Below, one piece after another: positions 55,138-63,807 of a stretch of 64,000 nucleotides of DNA (positions are counted from its first letter, which is position 1; every line of letters begins with the position of its first letter). Below the pieces are notes generated by a model. That model saw only the letters and a list, made by a program, of their open reading frames with translations, was not told the origin of the DNA and did not search any database. The position numbers and the translations under genes are program-made. The DNA comes from a virus. Location of the stretch: positions 32,001 to 96,000 of IMG/VR virus record IMGVR_UViG_3300028608_000008; one strand, written 5' to 3'.

Positions 55138-57146
55138 TGCAAACTCCAATGACCAAAGGCCAACGCAAACAAGCCCGCGACGATTGGCATCTGCGCTGGA
55201 ATCAAGCGCTCAAACATACCGGCCTTGACCGCATTTACAAAACCAATCTGCGCTTTGATATGACCACAAACAAAGCCAACAAGGAAACCCGGTTCACGGC
55301 CATTGGCTTTGCCCATATTCAGAATATCCCACAAACGTTTACCATCGTCGGCTACGCAACCGGCGAGCAGAAAAATGGCCGCGCCTGTTTCGATATCTAC
55401 GACCTATCCTATAGCCTCGGTTCGGATGTTGAAATGCAAATCGACACCGACGCCGAAGATATGCCGCCGTTGGCTGGCGACCTGACCGAAATCGGCCCGG
55501 CCATTCTCAACCGCATTTTCGAAAGTTTGCACGCGCAGTTGCCAGCGGTCGAACGCTCCAAAGCGGAAGCCGAACAAGATCGCCGCGCCTGTGACGAAAC
55601 CCTGAAAAAGTTGGTACAGGCAGCGGTCAAGAAATGCCACGCTAAAGGCATCGCGTTTCAGTTTATTGAAGCGTACCGCTTTTTCAGTGACACCCGCGTA
55701 GAACAACCGTACTACGCAAAAGCTGTTTTCAAGATCAACGAACAGCACAGCGACATTCGTTTCAAGTTTAAGCGTATCGGCACCGAACAGGAATTCGTTC
55801 TGGAATCGGTCACGGTTGACGGGCGGGATCGCGAAATCAATTTCCGCGTGTCGCCGTTCACTGTTCAAAACGCAATCGTTGTCGGTATGCGCAACGCAAT
55901 CAAATGGATCAAAGAGGGATTCAAGATGGACTCCACTGCAATCGAAAAAGACCCGGTAGCCGAACAAGTTGGCGCCAAGAAAACCCCGGCTGCGAAAAAG
56001 CCAGCCGTGAAAAAGACCGCCAAGGTTATCGAAAACGGCGAACTGAAAGATGCGCCAAAAGGCGCGGTCAAAGTCGTGAAGAAAAAGCCAGCCGTCAAAC
56101 GTGCAGCCCGTCCGACCAAAGCTGAACTGGCCGCGAAGCCAATCCCGAAAATCAAAACCAGCCCGGACGATTTCAAGAATCTGGCAAACGGCATTATGGG
56201 CAAACCTCCGGTGGAAGAACTGAACGAAGACCAGCAACAGATTGTTCGCGTCTTTGCCGATCAACTCGGTGAGCCAGTTTCGAAATTCACAATGGCGACC
56301 GAACTCACGGCGACCGGCGCTGACGAACTCGACCTCGTTGAAATCGTGATGCAAATCGAAGAAGAATTCGAGTTTGATATGCCCGACAACATCGAGCACG
56401 AATGCAAAACCATTGGCGACCTGTACACCCACGTCGCCGAGAAAAAGGCCGAACTCGCCGCAGCCGCCGCAGCACAACCCAAAACCAAAGCGCGCCGCGC
56501 TTCGAAAGCGAAGGTCGAAGCGGAAACCGGCAAACAACCGCGCATGACCACGCCGAAACCGAAGGCGAAAGGCAAACCGAAAGCCGCTGGTTCTGCAAAC
56601 TTCGACGCGGTTAATGACGGCAAGCTGGCGAACCGTTCGAACAACCAAACGGCGAAACCTTTGCCTGCGCCGAAAACCAAAGCCGATTCGCTCAAGTGGG
56701 ATTCGCTGGACGAGGCGGAACTGGTGCGCATGCGCAAACAGTTGGTGACGACCGCCACCCGAATCAAACTGTTGGAACGGGCGAAAGAAAACGGCGTGAC
56801 CGCCTCGGTTCAAGTGACCGCTGACGTGAAAGCGAAAATGAAAGACGAACTGTTGATTGCCGAAATCAAACAGTTGGCAAACCTCTACGGCTTCACGTTC
56901 TACAAAGCGAAAAAGGTCGAAGACTTCGCCGACAAGTTTACGCTCAAGCGCACGTATATGGACGGCACCAAAGTCGCAATCGTGATTCATTACGACGACA
57001 GTTCGCAACACCGTTTCGTAATGGAAACCGATAAGCTGCCGAAAGGCGCGAAGAACAGCCTCCACACGCTGCCGGTCGAACTGAAAACCAAAGCGCAGAT
57101 GTTGGCCGTACTGCGCAAGCTGGGCGCCACCAACAACCGGAAGTAA
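55137..57146 (+). CDS. Multidomain protein: unknown N-domain, Ala/Lys/Pro-rich linkers, central acyl-carrier-protein-like domain lacking the Ser, unknown C-domain
   Basis: IVRVFADQLG..TGADELDLVEIVMQIEEEFEFDMPD..CKTIGDLYTHV (~56241-56444) aligns with ACP; TAATG coupling to the TraR/DksA gene. Confidence 0.75.
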   Translation: MQTPMTKGQRKQARDDWHLRWNQALKHTGLDRIYKTNLRFDMTTNKANKETRFTAIGFAHIQNIPQTFTIVGYATGEQKNGRACFDIYDLSYSLGSDVEMQIDTDAEDMPPLAGDLTEIGPAILNRIFESLHAQLPAVERSKAEAEQDRRACDETLKKLVQAAVKKCHAKGIAFQFIEAYRFFSDTRVEQPYYAKAVFKINEQHSDIRFKFKRIGTEQEFVLESVTVDGRDREINFRVSPFTVQNAIVVGMRNAIKWIKEGFKMDSTAIEKDPVAEQVGAKKTPAAKKPAVKKTAKVIENGELKDAPKGAVKVVKKKPAVKRAARPTKAELAAKPIPKIKTSPDDFKNLANGIMGKPPVEELNEDQQQIVRVFADQLGEPVSKFTMATELTATGADELDLVEIVMQIEEEFEFDMPDNIEHECKTIGDLYTHVAEKKAELAAAAAAQPKTKARRASKAKVEAETGKQPRMTTPKPKAKGKPKAAGSANFDAVNDGKLANRSNNQTAKPLPAPKTKADSLKWDSLDEAELVRMRKQLVTTATRIKLLERAKENGVTASVQVTADVKAKMKDELLIAEIKQLANLYGFTFYKAKKVEDFADKFTLKRTYMDGTKVAIVIHYDDSSQHRFVMETDKLPKGAKNSLHTLPVELKTKAQMLAVLRKLGATNNRK

Positions 57147-57160
57147 CTGCAAACATTTTT

Positions 57161-57181
57161 GCGGCTCGCAAGGGCCGCTTT
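57161..57181 (+). terminator. Weak terminator or GNRA-loop hairpin
   Basis: GCGGCTC-GCAA-GGGCCGC then TTT. Confidence 0.5.
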
Positions 57182-57198
57182 CCTACGGGGATTCCGCC

Positions 57199-57417
57199 AT
57201 GGACGTTTTTGTTTATTCAAACGTTTTCGCGCTGGTAGGACTGCTGACAATGGGCACGGCTGCCCTGATTATCATTCTGATTATTCAGTCACTCCAACTT
57301 CGCGATTGGCGCAAACGGGCGCTCATTGCGGAATCCGAATGCAAACAAATGTACTCGCTGTACGGGCCACACCACGCCAAGGATATTTCCCCAAATGGAA
57401 AAAGTTTCTCGCTCTAA
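57199..57417 (+). CDS. Small membrane protein
   Basis: N-terminal hydrophobic helix. Confidence 0.55.
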   Translation: MDVFVYSNVFALVGLLTMGTAALIIILIIQSLQLRDWRKRALIAESECKQMYSLYGPHHAKDISPNGKSFSL

Positions 57418-58315
57418 GGTTCAATACGCCCCACAAATTGAACGCATGCGTGATTCGTTTGTCACTGACTTCGAACACAACGGCCATCCTGAGTACCGCA
57501 TTCCACAGGCCGACTTCGAAAATCGCGCAGCACTCTTTCTTCGCTACGGCGAAACCGAAGAAGGCCGTTTCAAAAACATGATGCGCGACCTGATGAAAAC
57601 CGCGCAACTGAAAATCAGCTTCCTTGAAGGTGAAGTGATTTTCACCAAAAGCACTGCGCCGGTTCCGCAGGCAAACAAAACCCGCGCCGCTGATTACCGG
57701 ACCCGCATTCCGCGTCCGCAGTGGCAAGGCATTCTCGACACGGCAATGCCACGGATCATTGCCGACCTGAAACACCGGACGGCACCAACCACGTCGTATA
57801 CGCACGCGCAGTTTTTCGACCTGCTGACGTTCTGGCCTAGCGATGCAATGTTTGTCGAATTGCTGGAAATACGTTTGGGCAAACTCGGTTACGATATCGA
57901 AGTGCTCAAGTCGGTCGTGCGTCTGAGCAACCGCAACGCCGGGGCTGCGAAGGTTACGAAAACTCCGAAGCCTCCAATCATCAAAATGTTTAACGCGCAG
58001 GAACTGTTTGCGGTTCTGGAGAAAACCTTCTGCCAGACGCTTGAGGAACTGCGTGAAATGAAGTTTGCAGGCGCGTACAGTCACGTCGTCACCCTGCAAG
58101 ATCACCCGACGGATTCCGAAAAAGGTCCGCAAAAGATTTTCTTTGTTGACGAGGATATGCAAGTCGTCGGCGGGCGCAAGGTTGACGAAATCGAACTGCG
58201 CGTTGGCGATATCGTGCTGACCAATGAAGCGGGCGCCAAACAATTCCGCAAGGCAGTCCGCTTCGTCAACGAATCACCACGCCGCATGTGCAGCGTGCGC
58301 AAAATCAAATTCTAA
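57395..58315 (+). CDS. Hypothetical protein
   Basis: AAGGA RBS suggests ATG 57395 (ORF open from 57326). Confidence 0.6.
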   Translation: MEKVSRSKVQYAPQIERMRDSFVTDFEHNGHPEYRIPQADFENRAALFLRYGETEEGRFKNMMRDLMKTAQLKISFLEGEVIFTKSTAPVPQANKTRAADYRTRIPRPQWQGILDTAMPRIIADLKHRTAPTTSYTHAQFFDLLTFWPSDAMFVELLEIRLGKLGYDIEVLKSVVRLSNRNAGAAKVTKTPKPPIIKMFNAQELFAVLEKTFCQTLEELREMKFAGAYSHVVTLQDHPTDSEKGPQKIFFVDEDMQVVGGRKVDEIELRVGDIVLTNEAGAKQFRKAVRFVNESPRRMCSVRKIKF

Positions 58316-58333
58316 ACAAGAGGACGCAATACA

Positions 58334-58699
58334 ATGAAAGCTGTTTTTGAATTCAGCGAAGATGCACTGTTGGTAATTCTCGAAGGCGCAAAAGAGCGCG
58401 GCCTGAGTCCGGAAGATTTCATCATGGAAGCTGTTATCAAAGCGGACCCACAACAATCCACCAGCACCATCGAAGTTGTTTGCGTGGAAGCCGTGCGCGC
58501 AGCGGTCAAGCTGGCACCCGGCACGGAGTTTATCATTGACGACGTTGTTCCGAATTTCCGCGAACAGCTAAACGTGCGTGACCGTCAAGCACTGGGCCGG
58601 ATGTTCCGTGTCGAAATCGAAGCGGGCGAGGTTGCAACGTTTACTCGCCGCAATACCCGCAACCAAGCCATGTACCGCCGCAAAGGTTCGCGTGTTTAA
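58334..58699 (+). CDS. Putative DNA-binding protein (RHH-like N-terminus, DUF1413-like C-terminus)
   Basis: LEGAKERGLSPEDFIMEAV and GTEFIIDDV..RDRQALGRMF patterns. Confidence 0.5.
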   Translation: MKAVFEFSEDALLVILEGAKERGLSPEDFIMEAVIKADPQQSTSTIEVVCVEAVRAAVKLAPGTEFIIDDVVPNFREQLNVRDRQALGRMFRVEIEAGEVATFTRRNTRNQAMYRRKGSRV

Positions 58700-58817
58700 A
58701 ACGTAAACCGGACAAGCATTAAGGCCACGGTCGGCCTGTCACCGAAAATATAAGGCAGTCAGAATGACAAACACTTAGGGCCAAGGTTGGCCCCTACACT
58801 TCCTAATGGGGCAAACA

Positions 58818-59045
58818 ATGTTTAATAATCCTGAGTTGATGTTTCTAGCGTTCATGCTGGGCTTCGCAATTATTTTCGTGGTCGGCTGTGTCTACACGAT
58901 CACCGTTTTAGTTTGGAAGGTTGACGCATTGGAGCGCGAACGCTCCTTGCTGCAACAGGAATTGCTTCACGCAAACGGCGTGATTTTCCGCCTGCGTAAA
59001 AAGCTGCACGACGAAAAGTGCGCAATCTGCATTGGAGATATTTAA
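58818..59045 (+). CDS. Small membrane-anchored protein
   Basis: Hydrophobic N-terminus plus coiled-coil tail. Confidence 0.55.
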   Translation: MFNNPELMFLAFMLGFAIIFVVGCVYTITVLVWKVDALERERSLLQQELLHANGVIFRLRKKLHDEKCAICIGDI

Positions 59046-59528
59046 ATGGCCAGCCTCATGACACCGCATTCCGCGCAAGGCCGCATTCGTGCAATGATGG
59101 CCCGTCCAGAAAACGAAGCGAAACTGGTTTTGCTTCACACCGTCGCCGCCTACATTTTCGGCACCAACTTTATCGGGTCGAAGGATGGCGAAGGTATCAC
59201 GCTGGAAGCGTTTGATAGTTTGCAGAAAGAACTGAACGCGCTCAAACGCCAATTGCCGTTCCTGAAAATGGACGTGAAGGCTGGCGCCTCCGCTGATATG
59301 AAAGCGTCGTCCCATTACGAAGACGTTTACGACCAGCTTTGCGAACTCTGCACGCCGCACGTTGTAGAACTGGCAAACGGCTGCACAACCATTTCCAAAG
59401 ATAGTTTGTGTGGTTCGGTCGTGGACAACCTGAGCGCGCTGATCGACTATTGGCTCGCTACCAAAGACGAAACTAAATTCGAACTTGGCGACCACATGAT
59501 CGTCGGCGTTCACAGCGAAAAGGAATAA
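59046..59528 (+). CDS. Hypothetical protein
   Basis: 160 aa, GGAGA RBS. Confidence 0.6.
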   Translation: MASLMTPHSAQGRIRAMMARPENEAKLVLLHTVAAYIFGTNFIGSKDGEGITLEAFDSLQKELNALKRQLPFLKMDVKAGASADMKASSHYEDVYDQLCELCTPHVVELANGCTTISKDSLCGSVVDNLSALIDYWLATKDETKFELGDHMIVGVHSEKE

Positions 59529-59530
59529 TC

Positions 59531-60016
59531 ATGTTTCAGGTAATCACTTCGAAACCCAAACAGTTGCAAGCTCTGCTGGAACAGATTCTGTTTCGTCCAG
59601 ACAACGAAACAGACGGTGCAGAATTCACTGCTGTTCTGTCCGTTTCCGAAATCCAAACCTTTCTGCAAATCGACGACGACGTTTTGATTGCTTGGCTTGA
59701 CGCAAACAAGCTGCGTCCCCACGAAGACCAAGACCCAATCGTAAACATGCTGGATGACGTTTGGGAAATTTGCGACAAGTTGCTGCTCAAACGTTATGCA
59801 ATTGGCGAAGCGTTGACACCGCTGCTTACGCATTTCCAGCCGGGTTTGCTGACGTGGGAAATCGAAGACCGGTACGACCGCGAAGGCGGTTCGACTACCC
59901 GGCTGTTCCGCTACACGCCTTTGGAAGAACTCGACTTCGACAATCACATGGACTGGTACGCGCAATTGCAAAAAGAGTATCAGGAAGCAAACGAAAAGGA
60001 AAATGCAAATGGGTGA
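59531..60016 (+). CDS. Hypothetical protein
   Basis: 161 aa, AAGGA RBS. Confidence 0.6.
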   Translation: MFQVITSKPKQLQALLEQILFRPDNETDGAEFTAVLSVSEIQTFLQIDDDVLIAWLDANKLRPHEDQDPIVNMLDDVWEICDKLLLKRYAIGEALTPLLTHFQPGLLTWEIEDRYDREGGSTTRLFRYTPLEELDFDNHMDWYAQLQKEYQEANEKENANG

Positions 60017-60248
60017 CGAAACTTTCACCTCTCTCGACCTGTACATGCTGCGCCATTCCGCGACCATGCTGTACGTTTCAATCATCAAACCAACTGACGT
60101 GGCGTTGACCAAACATTGGGGCGAAGCAATGTATTTCCCTTCGCGTGCCGTTGCATTGGCACAGGCCGACGATCTTATGCGCGCACGTCTCGGGCACTTC
60201 CAAGTCGTATCGTCGCAAATGGAATTGCAAATTGTAGGGAGCCGTTAA
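60003..60248 (+). CDS. Hypothetical protein
   Basis: 81 aa, AAGGA RBS. Confidence 0.55.
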   Translation: MQMGDETFTSLDLYMLRHSATMLYVSIIKPTDVALTKHWGEAMYFPSRAVALAQADDLMRARLGHFQVVSSQMELQIVGSR

Positions 60249-60590
60249 ATGCTGCGTCGCACTCCCGAACAAGTCGCAATTCTGCTGGCCGTGCTGTTGG
60301 GCCGCGCCCCAAAATGGCGGGTCATAATCAATCGCGAACAAATCCGTCAATTGGGTGGGCGCAAAGAAGCGCCCGAAAGCTGGTACGACGAAATCAATCA
60401 GGAACTGCGCGAGCATGACGCGGTGATGTTTCCGTTTGGTGAAAAGTTTGCAATCTACAGCACGGTCAACACGCACAACTGTCACAAGATTCCCGCGTAT
60501 GCAGTAGACAAAGTTTTGGAGAACGTGTCTTACAGCGAGTACCTGCGCGAAATCCAATTGGGCAAACAAAGCAAAGGCAGTGACACATGA
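60249..60590 (+). CDS. Hypothetical protein
   Basis: 113 aa, GGGAG RBS. Confidence 0.6.
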   Translation: MLRRTPEQVAILLAVLLGRAPKWRVIINREQIRQLGGRKEAPESWYDEINQELREHDAVMFPFGEKFAIYSTVNTHNCHKIPAYAVDKVLENVSYSEYLREIQLGKQSKGSDT

Positions 60591-60832
60591 GCCGGAACGA
60601 ACAGAAAATGTTTGTAGTCGAAGTGGAAATCGACTTGGGCAATCCGTTTGAAACCATCGAACTGAATCGGTCGTATCCGAGCCACGATGCCGCAGACAAC
60701 TTCCTGCCGGACAAGCTCTCTGACGTTTTGATCCGCGCCGGTGAGACGTTGCAGGAAATGATTTACGACAACAAGTTCAACGAAGATCAAGTTATGAAAA
60801 TCGTTGTTCGCGAATTGCGTGAGGGTGAGTAA
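60587..60832 (+). CDS. Hypothetical protein
   Basis: 81 aa, ATGA overlap. Confidence 0.55.
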   Translation: MSRNEQKMFVVEVEIDLGNPFETIELNRSYPSHDAADNFLPDKLSDVLIRAGETLQEMIYDNKFNEDQVMKIVVRELREGE

Positions 60833-61197
60833 TGCGACTGCACAGCGGCGACGACGAATGGCACGCCAAAATGAAACGGGAACAGGAAGAACGCGACCGC
60901 ATTTTCAACCTTCCCGAAAACGTGAAAGCCCGTGCGTTCCGTAAAGACCTGCGCCGGGTTTTCAAAAAGCACGGCCTGTCCCTTGCGCACCAAGATATGC
61001 AAGGCTCGTTGATTATCACCAATCAGCGCATGGAACAAAACCTGCGCTATCTGGACCACGCTTCCGTAGACATTCGCGACAACCCGAAAGAAAGCGATCC
61101 GGGTCATGATCCGAATTTCAATCCCGATCCGGCGCAACTGAATCACGATCACGCATTCCTTTACCAAGAAGACGAGGACGAATCAAATGCAAGTTAA
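60832..61197 (+). CDS. Hypothetical protein
   Basis: 121 aa, TAATG coupling, GAGG RBS. Confidence 0.6.
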   Translation: MRLHSGDDEWHAKMKREQEERDRIFNLPENVKARAFRKDLRRVFKKHGLSLAHQDMQGSLIITNQRMEQNLRYLDHASVDIRDNPKESDPGHDPNFNPDPAQLNHDHAFLYQEDEDESNAS

Positions 61198-61564
61198 TGC
61201 CACTGTTACCATTGACGAATCGGCAATCGCCAAGAAAGCCGAAGCGCGTATGCAGGAAGCAATCAACGAAGAATACGGCCATTGCGTTTCGTCCCTGCTT
61301 TCCGACAACAAACGCTGGGGCGCAAACCTCGGGCCGGTGCGTGCGCAAATCCGCAAGAAAGTCGAGTCGCTTGTCCTCGAAGCTATGACCGAGGAAAAGA
61401 TTGATCCGGAAATCGAAAAGCGTTACGCCACCGCTTACGCCAAGTATTATCAGGAAGCGCTGGACGAGGCCATCGAAAACCAAGCACGCAAAGCCGCTTT
61501 CGCCGCCGTGCGTAAACTCAAAGTTTCGGAGTTACAGAATGCAAATTCATCAAGCGATTCTTGA
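61187..61564 (+). CDS. Hypothetical helical protein
   Basis: 125 aa, GAGG RBS. Confidence 0.6.
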   Translation: MQVNATVTIDESAIAKKAEARMQEAINEEYGHCVSSLLSDNKRWGANLGPVRAQIRKKVESLVLEAMTEEKIDPEIEKRYATAYAKYYQEALDEAIENQARKAAFAAVRKLKVSELQNANSSSDS

Positions 61565-61823
61565 TGCGCTGGAAGAAGGCATCAATATCGAACTGACCAA
61601 AGACGCAGTTGGTTTCCAGTTCGAAATGAACACCGGCGCGAAATCCGATATGCAAATTCGCCCGCGTGCTGACGGCAGGCTCGACGTGTTCCAGCGCTAC
61701 AACGAAGAAAACGTGGTCGATACCTTTGACGAAATCTGCGATCTGGTTCGTGAAGGTATGTTTAACACCAAACACGTCGCGGAGTGTTGGGAAAAGGCAC
61801 TCAAGAAACGCGACCTTCTGTAA
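61539..61823 (+). CDS. Hypothetical protein
   Basis: GGAG RBS favours ATG 61539. Confidence 0.6.
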   Translation: MQIHQAILDALEEGINIELTKDAVGFQFEMNTGAKSDMQIRPRADGRLDVFQRYNEENVVDTFDEICDLVREGMFNTKHVAECWEKALKKRDLL

Positions 61824-61833
61824 GGAGACGGAA

Positions 61834-62355
61834 ATGGATAAGCAACCAAACGAAAAAGGCACCAGCTATTCTTCTGCTGACGAAATCCGCGAATTGAAAG
61901 CGCGTATTGTCGAACTGGAAGAGGAGTTGCAGCCGTTCCTCGACAAAGAGTGGTTGAAGAACCGCGTCAAGCTGATCGTCGGCATTCTGTTTCCGGGCGG
62001 CAAGTACGACGCTCCCGGCGCGATGATTCCAAAAGAACATCGCCACCCCGAAAAATACTGGTGGTGGAATGGCGTTGACCACACCATCGACGATATCGAA
62101 AACTGGGAAATGGGCGACGGGGTTTCCCTCGAACTTGAAACCTACACGGGCGGCGGCGATACCGACCGTTACGGTTTCGACATTCCGCGAGAGTGGTTGA
62201 AAATCGAAAACGATTGCGAGTGTGTCCGTACCGTAATCGAATGGGCGAAAGCCGGACACGAAGCAAAAGAAGCCGCCAAACGAAAATCTGAACTGGCGGC
62301 TGCTGAGCGTGAATTGGAAATTGCGCAACGCAAAGTAGCTCAACTCAAAGGGTAG
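61834..62355 (+). CDS. Hypothetical protein
   Basis: AAGGAG RBS favours ATG 61834. Confidence 0.6.
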   Translation: MDKQPNEKGTSYSSADEIRELKARIVELEEELQPFLDKEWLKNRVKLIVGILFPGGKYDAPGAMIPKEHRHPEKYWWWNGVDHTIDDIENWEMGDGVSLELETYTGGGDTDRYGFDIPREWLKIENDCECVRTVIEWAKAGHEAKEAAKRKSELAAAERELEIAQRKVAQLKG

Positions 62356-62357
62356 GG

Positions 62358-62519
62358 ATGAAAATGACTGTAAACATTCGTTGGCTGTTTTGGGCCTGTG
62401 TCGCTGGCCTCGCAGCCGTAATGCTGCAACACTCCCCCGCTACGCCGTCGAATGTTTGCGGTTACACCGCGCTGTTCGTTTCGGCAATGGTTTTGGTTTA
62501 TCGGTATAGGACAAAGTAA
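62358..62519 (+). CDS. Small membrane protein (53 aa)
   Basis: Read by hand: MKMTVNIRWLFWACVAGLAAVML..YTALFVSAMVLVYRYRTK; two hydrophobic segments. Confidence 0.45.
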   Translation: MKMTVNIRWLFWACVAGLAAVMLQHSPATPSNVCGYTALFVSAMVLVYRYRTK

Positions 62520-62521
62520 AA

Positions 62522-63493
62522 ATGGAATCTCAAATGACTCCGCAACATCAACTCGCTCGCCTCAACGCAGCGCGGATGCAAACCTTTTTCGGCAAAGTGT
62601 ATCCCGGTTGCCGCGTGCATCTGGTTACGTGCGAAACGGACGGCCTGACCTATCTGCAAATCGACGGCGTAGTTGCCTTTCTGATCGAACGTTCGAAAGG
62701 TATCGTCTCTACCAAAATCTTCCGTCACTCTGACGGCGGGCGTTTGTTCCTGTTTGACAACAGCCCGAAAGAAGGCGACCGCGACCGCCGCCTGAAAACG
62801 CACGTCCGCATGTGGCAACTGTTTGTGAACTCGCAGCAAGGTAAAGACGTTTTGTCACGCTGGAGAATCCCAACCGGCAACGCCACGCTGAACCGCATGC
62901 TGGAAAACGGAATGCCAACCACTACTCTACGCATGGTGGCCAAAAGTCCCGAACCTGATACCGAATCAGAATACAAAAAGTATGTGCCGCGCCAGCCTGT
63001 GGTAAAGCCGCGCAAGTTTCCGGTGCAGCGTTTCAACATTTTGGTAGTGCAGGACGGCAAGCACGGGAACCAACACCTCGACGCGTTCCTTGACACCACG
63101 ATCCAGTTCCGCAAAGTGGCCGAACAACGCATTATTCTGTTTACGCAAAACCCACTGATGGAAAATCTGGTTCACCGGTTGAAACAGCGGCAAGATCACG
63201 CGAAGTTTGATCTGACGTTCCAGTGGGCGCAAACTCTGGAAGAACTGACCGAGTGTTTTGAAACTGCGCAAACCGACAAAGCGGATTACGTTGACCTGCA
63301 CCTGATCGTGGATGCGCCCGATCTGGTTGAAGTACAGGTAGAACGCCGCAACTGGTTCAACACGCGTTCGCAAACTTTCAAAGCCATTGCACTGCAAGAC
63401 GTGGCCGAAGCGTGTCCAATCATTTCGGTAATCATCCCCGAACCCAAAATCGAAAAGGTTGGTGAACAATGGGCGGATCATTTGGCGGAATGA
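62522..63493 (+). CDS. Hypothetical protein
   Basis: 323-aa ORF. Confidence 0.6.
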   Translation: MESQMTPQHQLARLNAARMQTFFGKVYPGCRVHLVTCETDGLTYLQIDGVVAFLIERSKGIVSTKIFRHSDGGRLFLFDNSPKEGDRDRRLKTHVRMWQLFVNSQQGKDVLSRWRIPTGNATLNRMLENGMPTTTLRMVAKSPEPDTESEYKKYVPRQPVVKPRKFPVQRFNILVVQDGKHGNQHLDAFLDTTIQFRKVAEQRIILFTQNPLMENLVHRLKQRQDHAKFDLTFQWAQTLEELTECFETAQTDKADYVDLHLIVDAPDLVEVQVERRNWFNTRSQTFKAIALQDVAEACPIISVIIPEPKIEKVGEQWADHLAE

Positions 63494-63807
63494 TGATGCG
63501 GCACGCTATGCGACTCGGTATGGGTGGCGTATCTAGTGGCCTGCAAAAAAGCGAAAGCGTGCCTGCCGATGTTTCGTGGGCGCGCATTGTAGATCGTGAA
63601 ACGAAGCATGAACTTGAGCGAATCAAACGTGAACGCGAAAGCGACCGTGACCACGCAATCGACACGTTTCAGGTTTTGCTTTTGCGGCACCAGCAAGAAC
63701 TGTACGACGCGGGTTTGCTGAAAGACGGCGACACCTTGTACAAAATTCTTTGCCGGGCCGCTGGCATCCCGTACAGGAAAAGGAAACGCAGAAATGGGAA
63801 AGGGTGA
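63469..63807 (+). CDS. Hypothetical protein
   Basis: 112 aa; start may be 63490. Confidence 0.5.
   Translation: MGGSFGGMMMRHAMRLGMGGVSSGLQKSESVPADVSWARIVDRETKHELERIKRERESDRDHAIDTFQVLLLRHQQELYDAGLLKDGDTLYKILCRAAGIPYRKRKRRNGKG

Noticed and set aside
56241-56444. Functional phage acyl carrier protein (auxiliary metabolic gene)
   Set aside because: The essential Ser is Glu, so it cannot carry phosphopantetheine
28055-57152. Other long antisense ORFs (28055..29935, 34447..36048, 55404..57152)
   Set aside because: Same shadow-ORF explanation; they fully overlap well-supported sense genes
58700-58805. Known riboswitch or tRNA
   Set aside because: No cloverleaf, T-loop or recognised aptamer consensus; no tRNA or rRNA was recognised anywhere in the window
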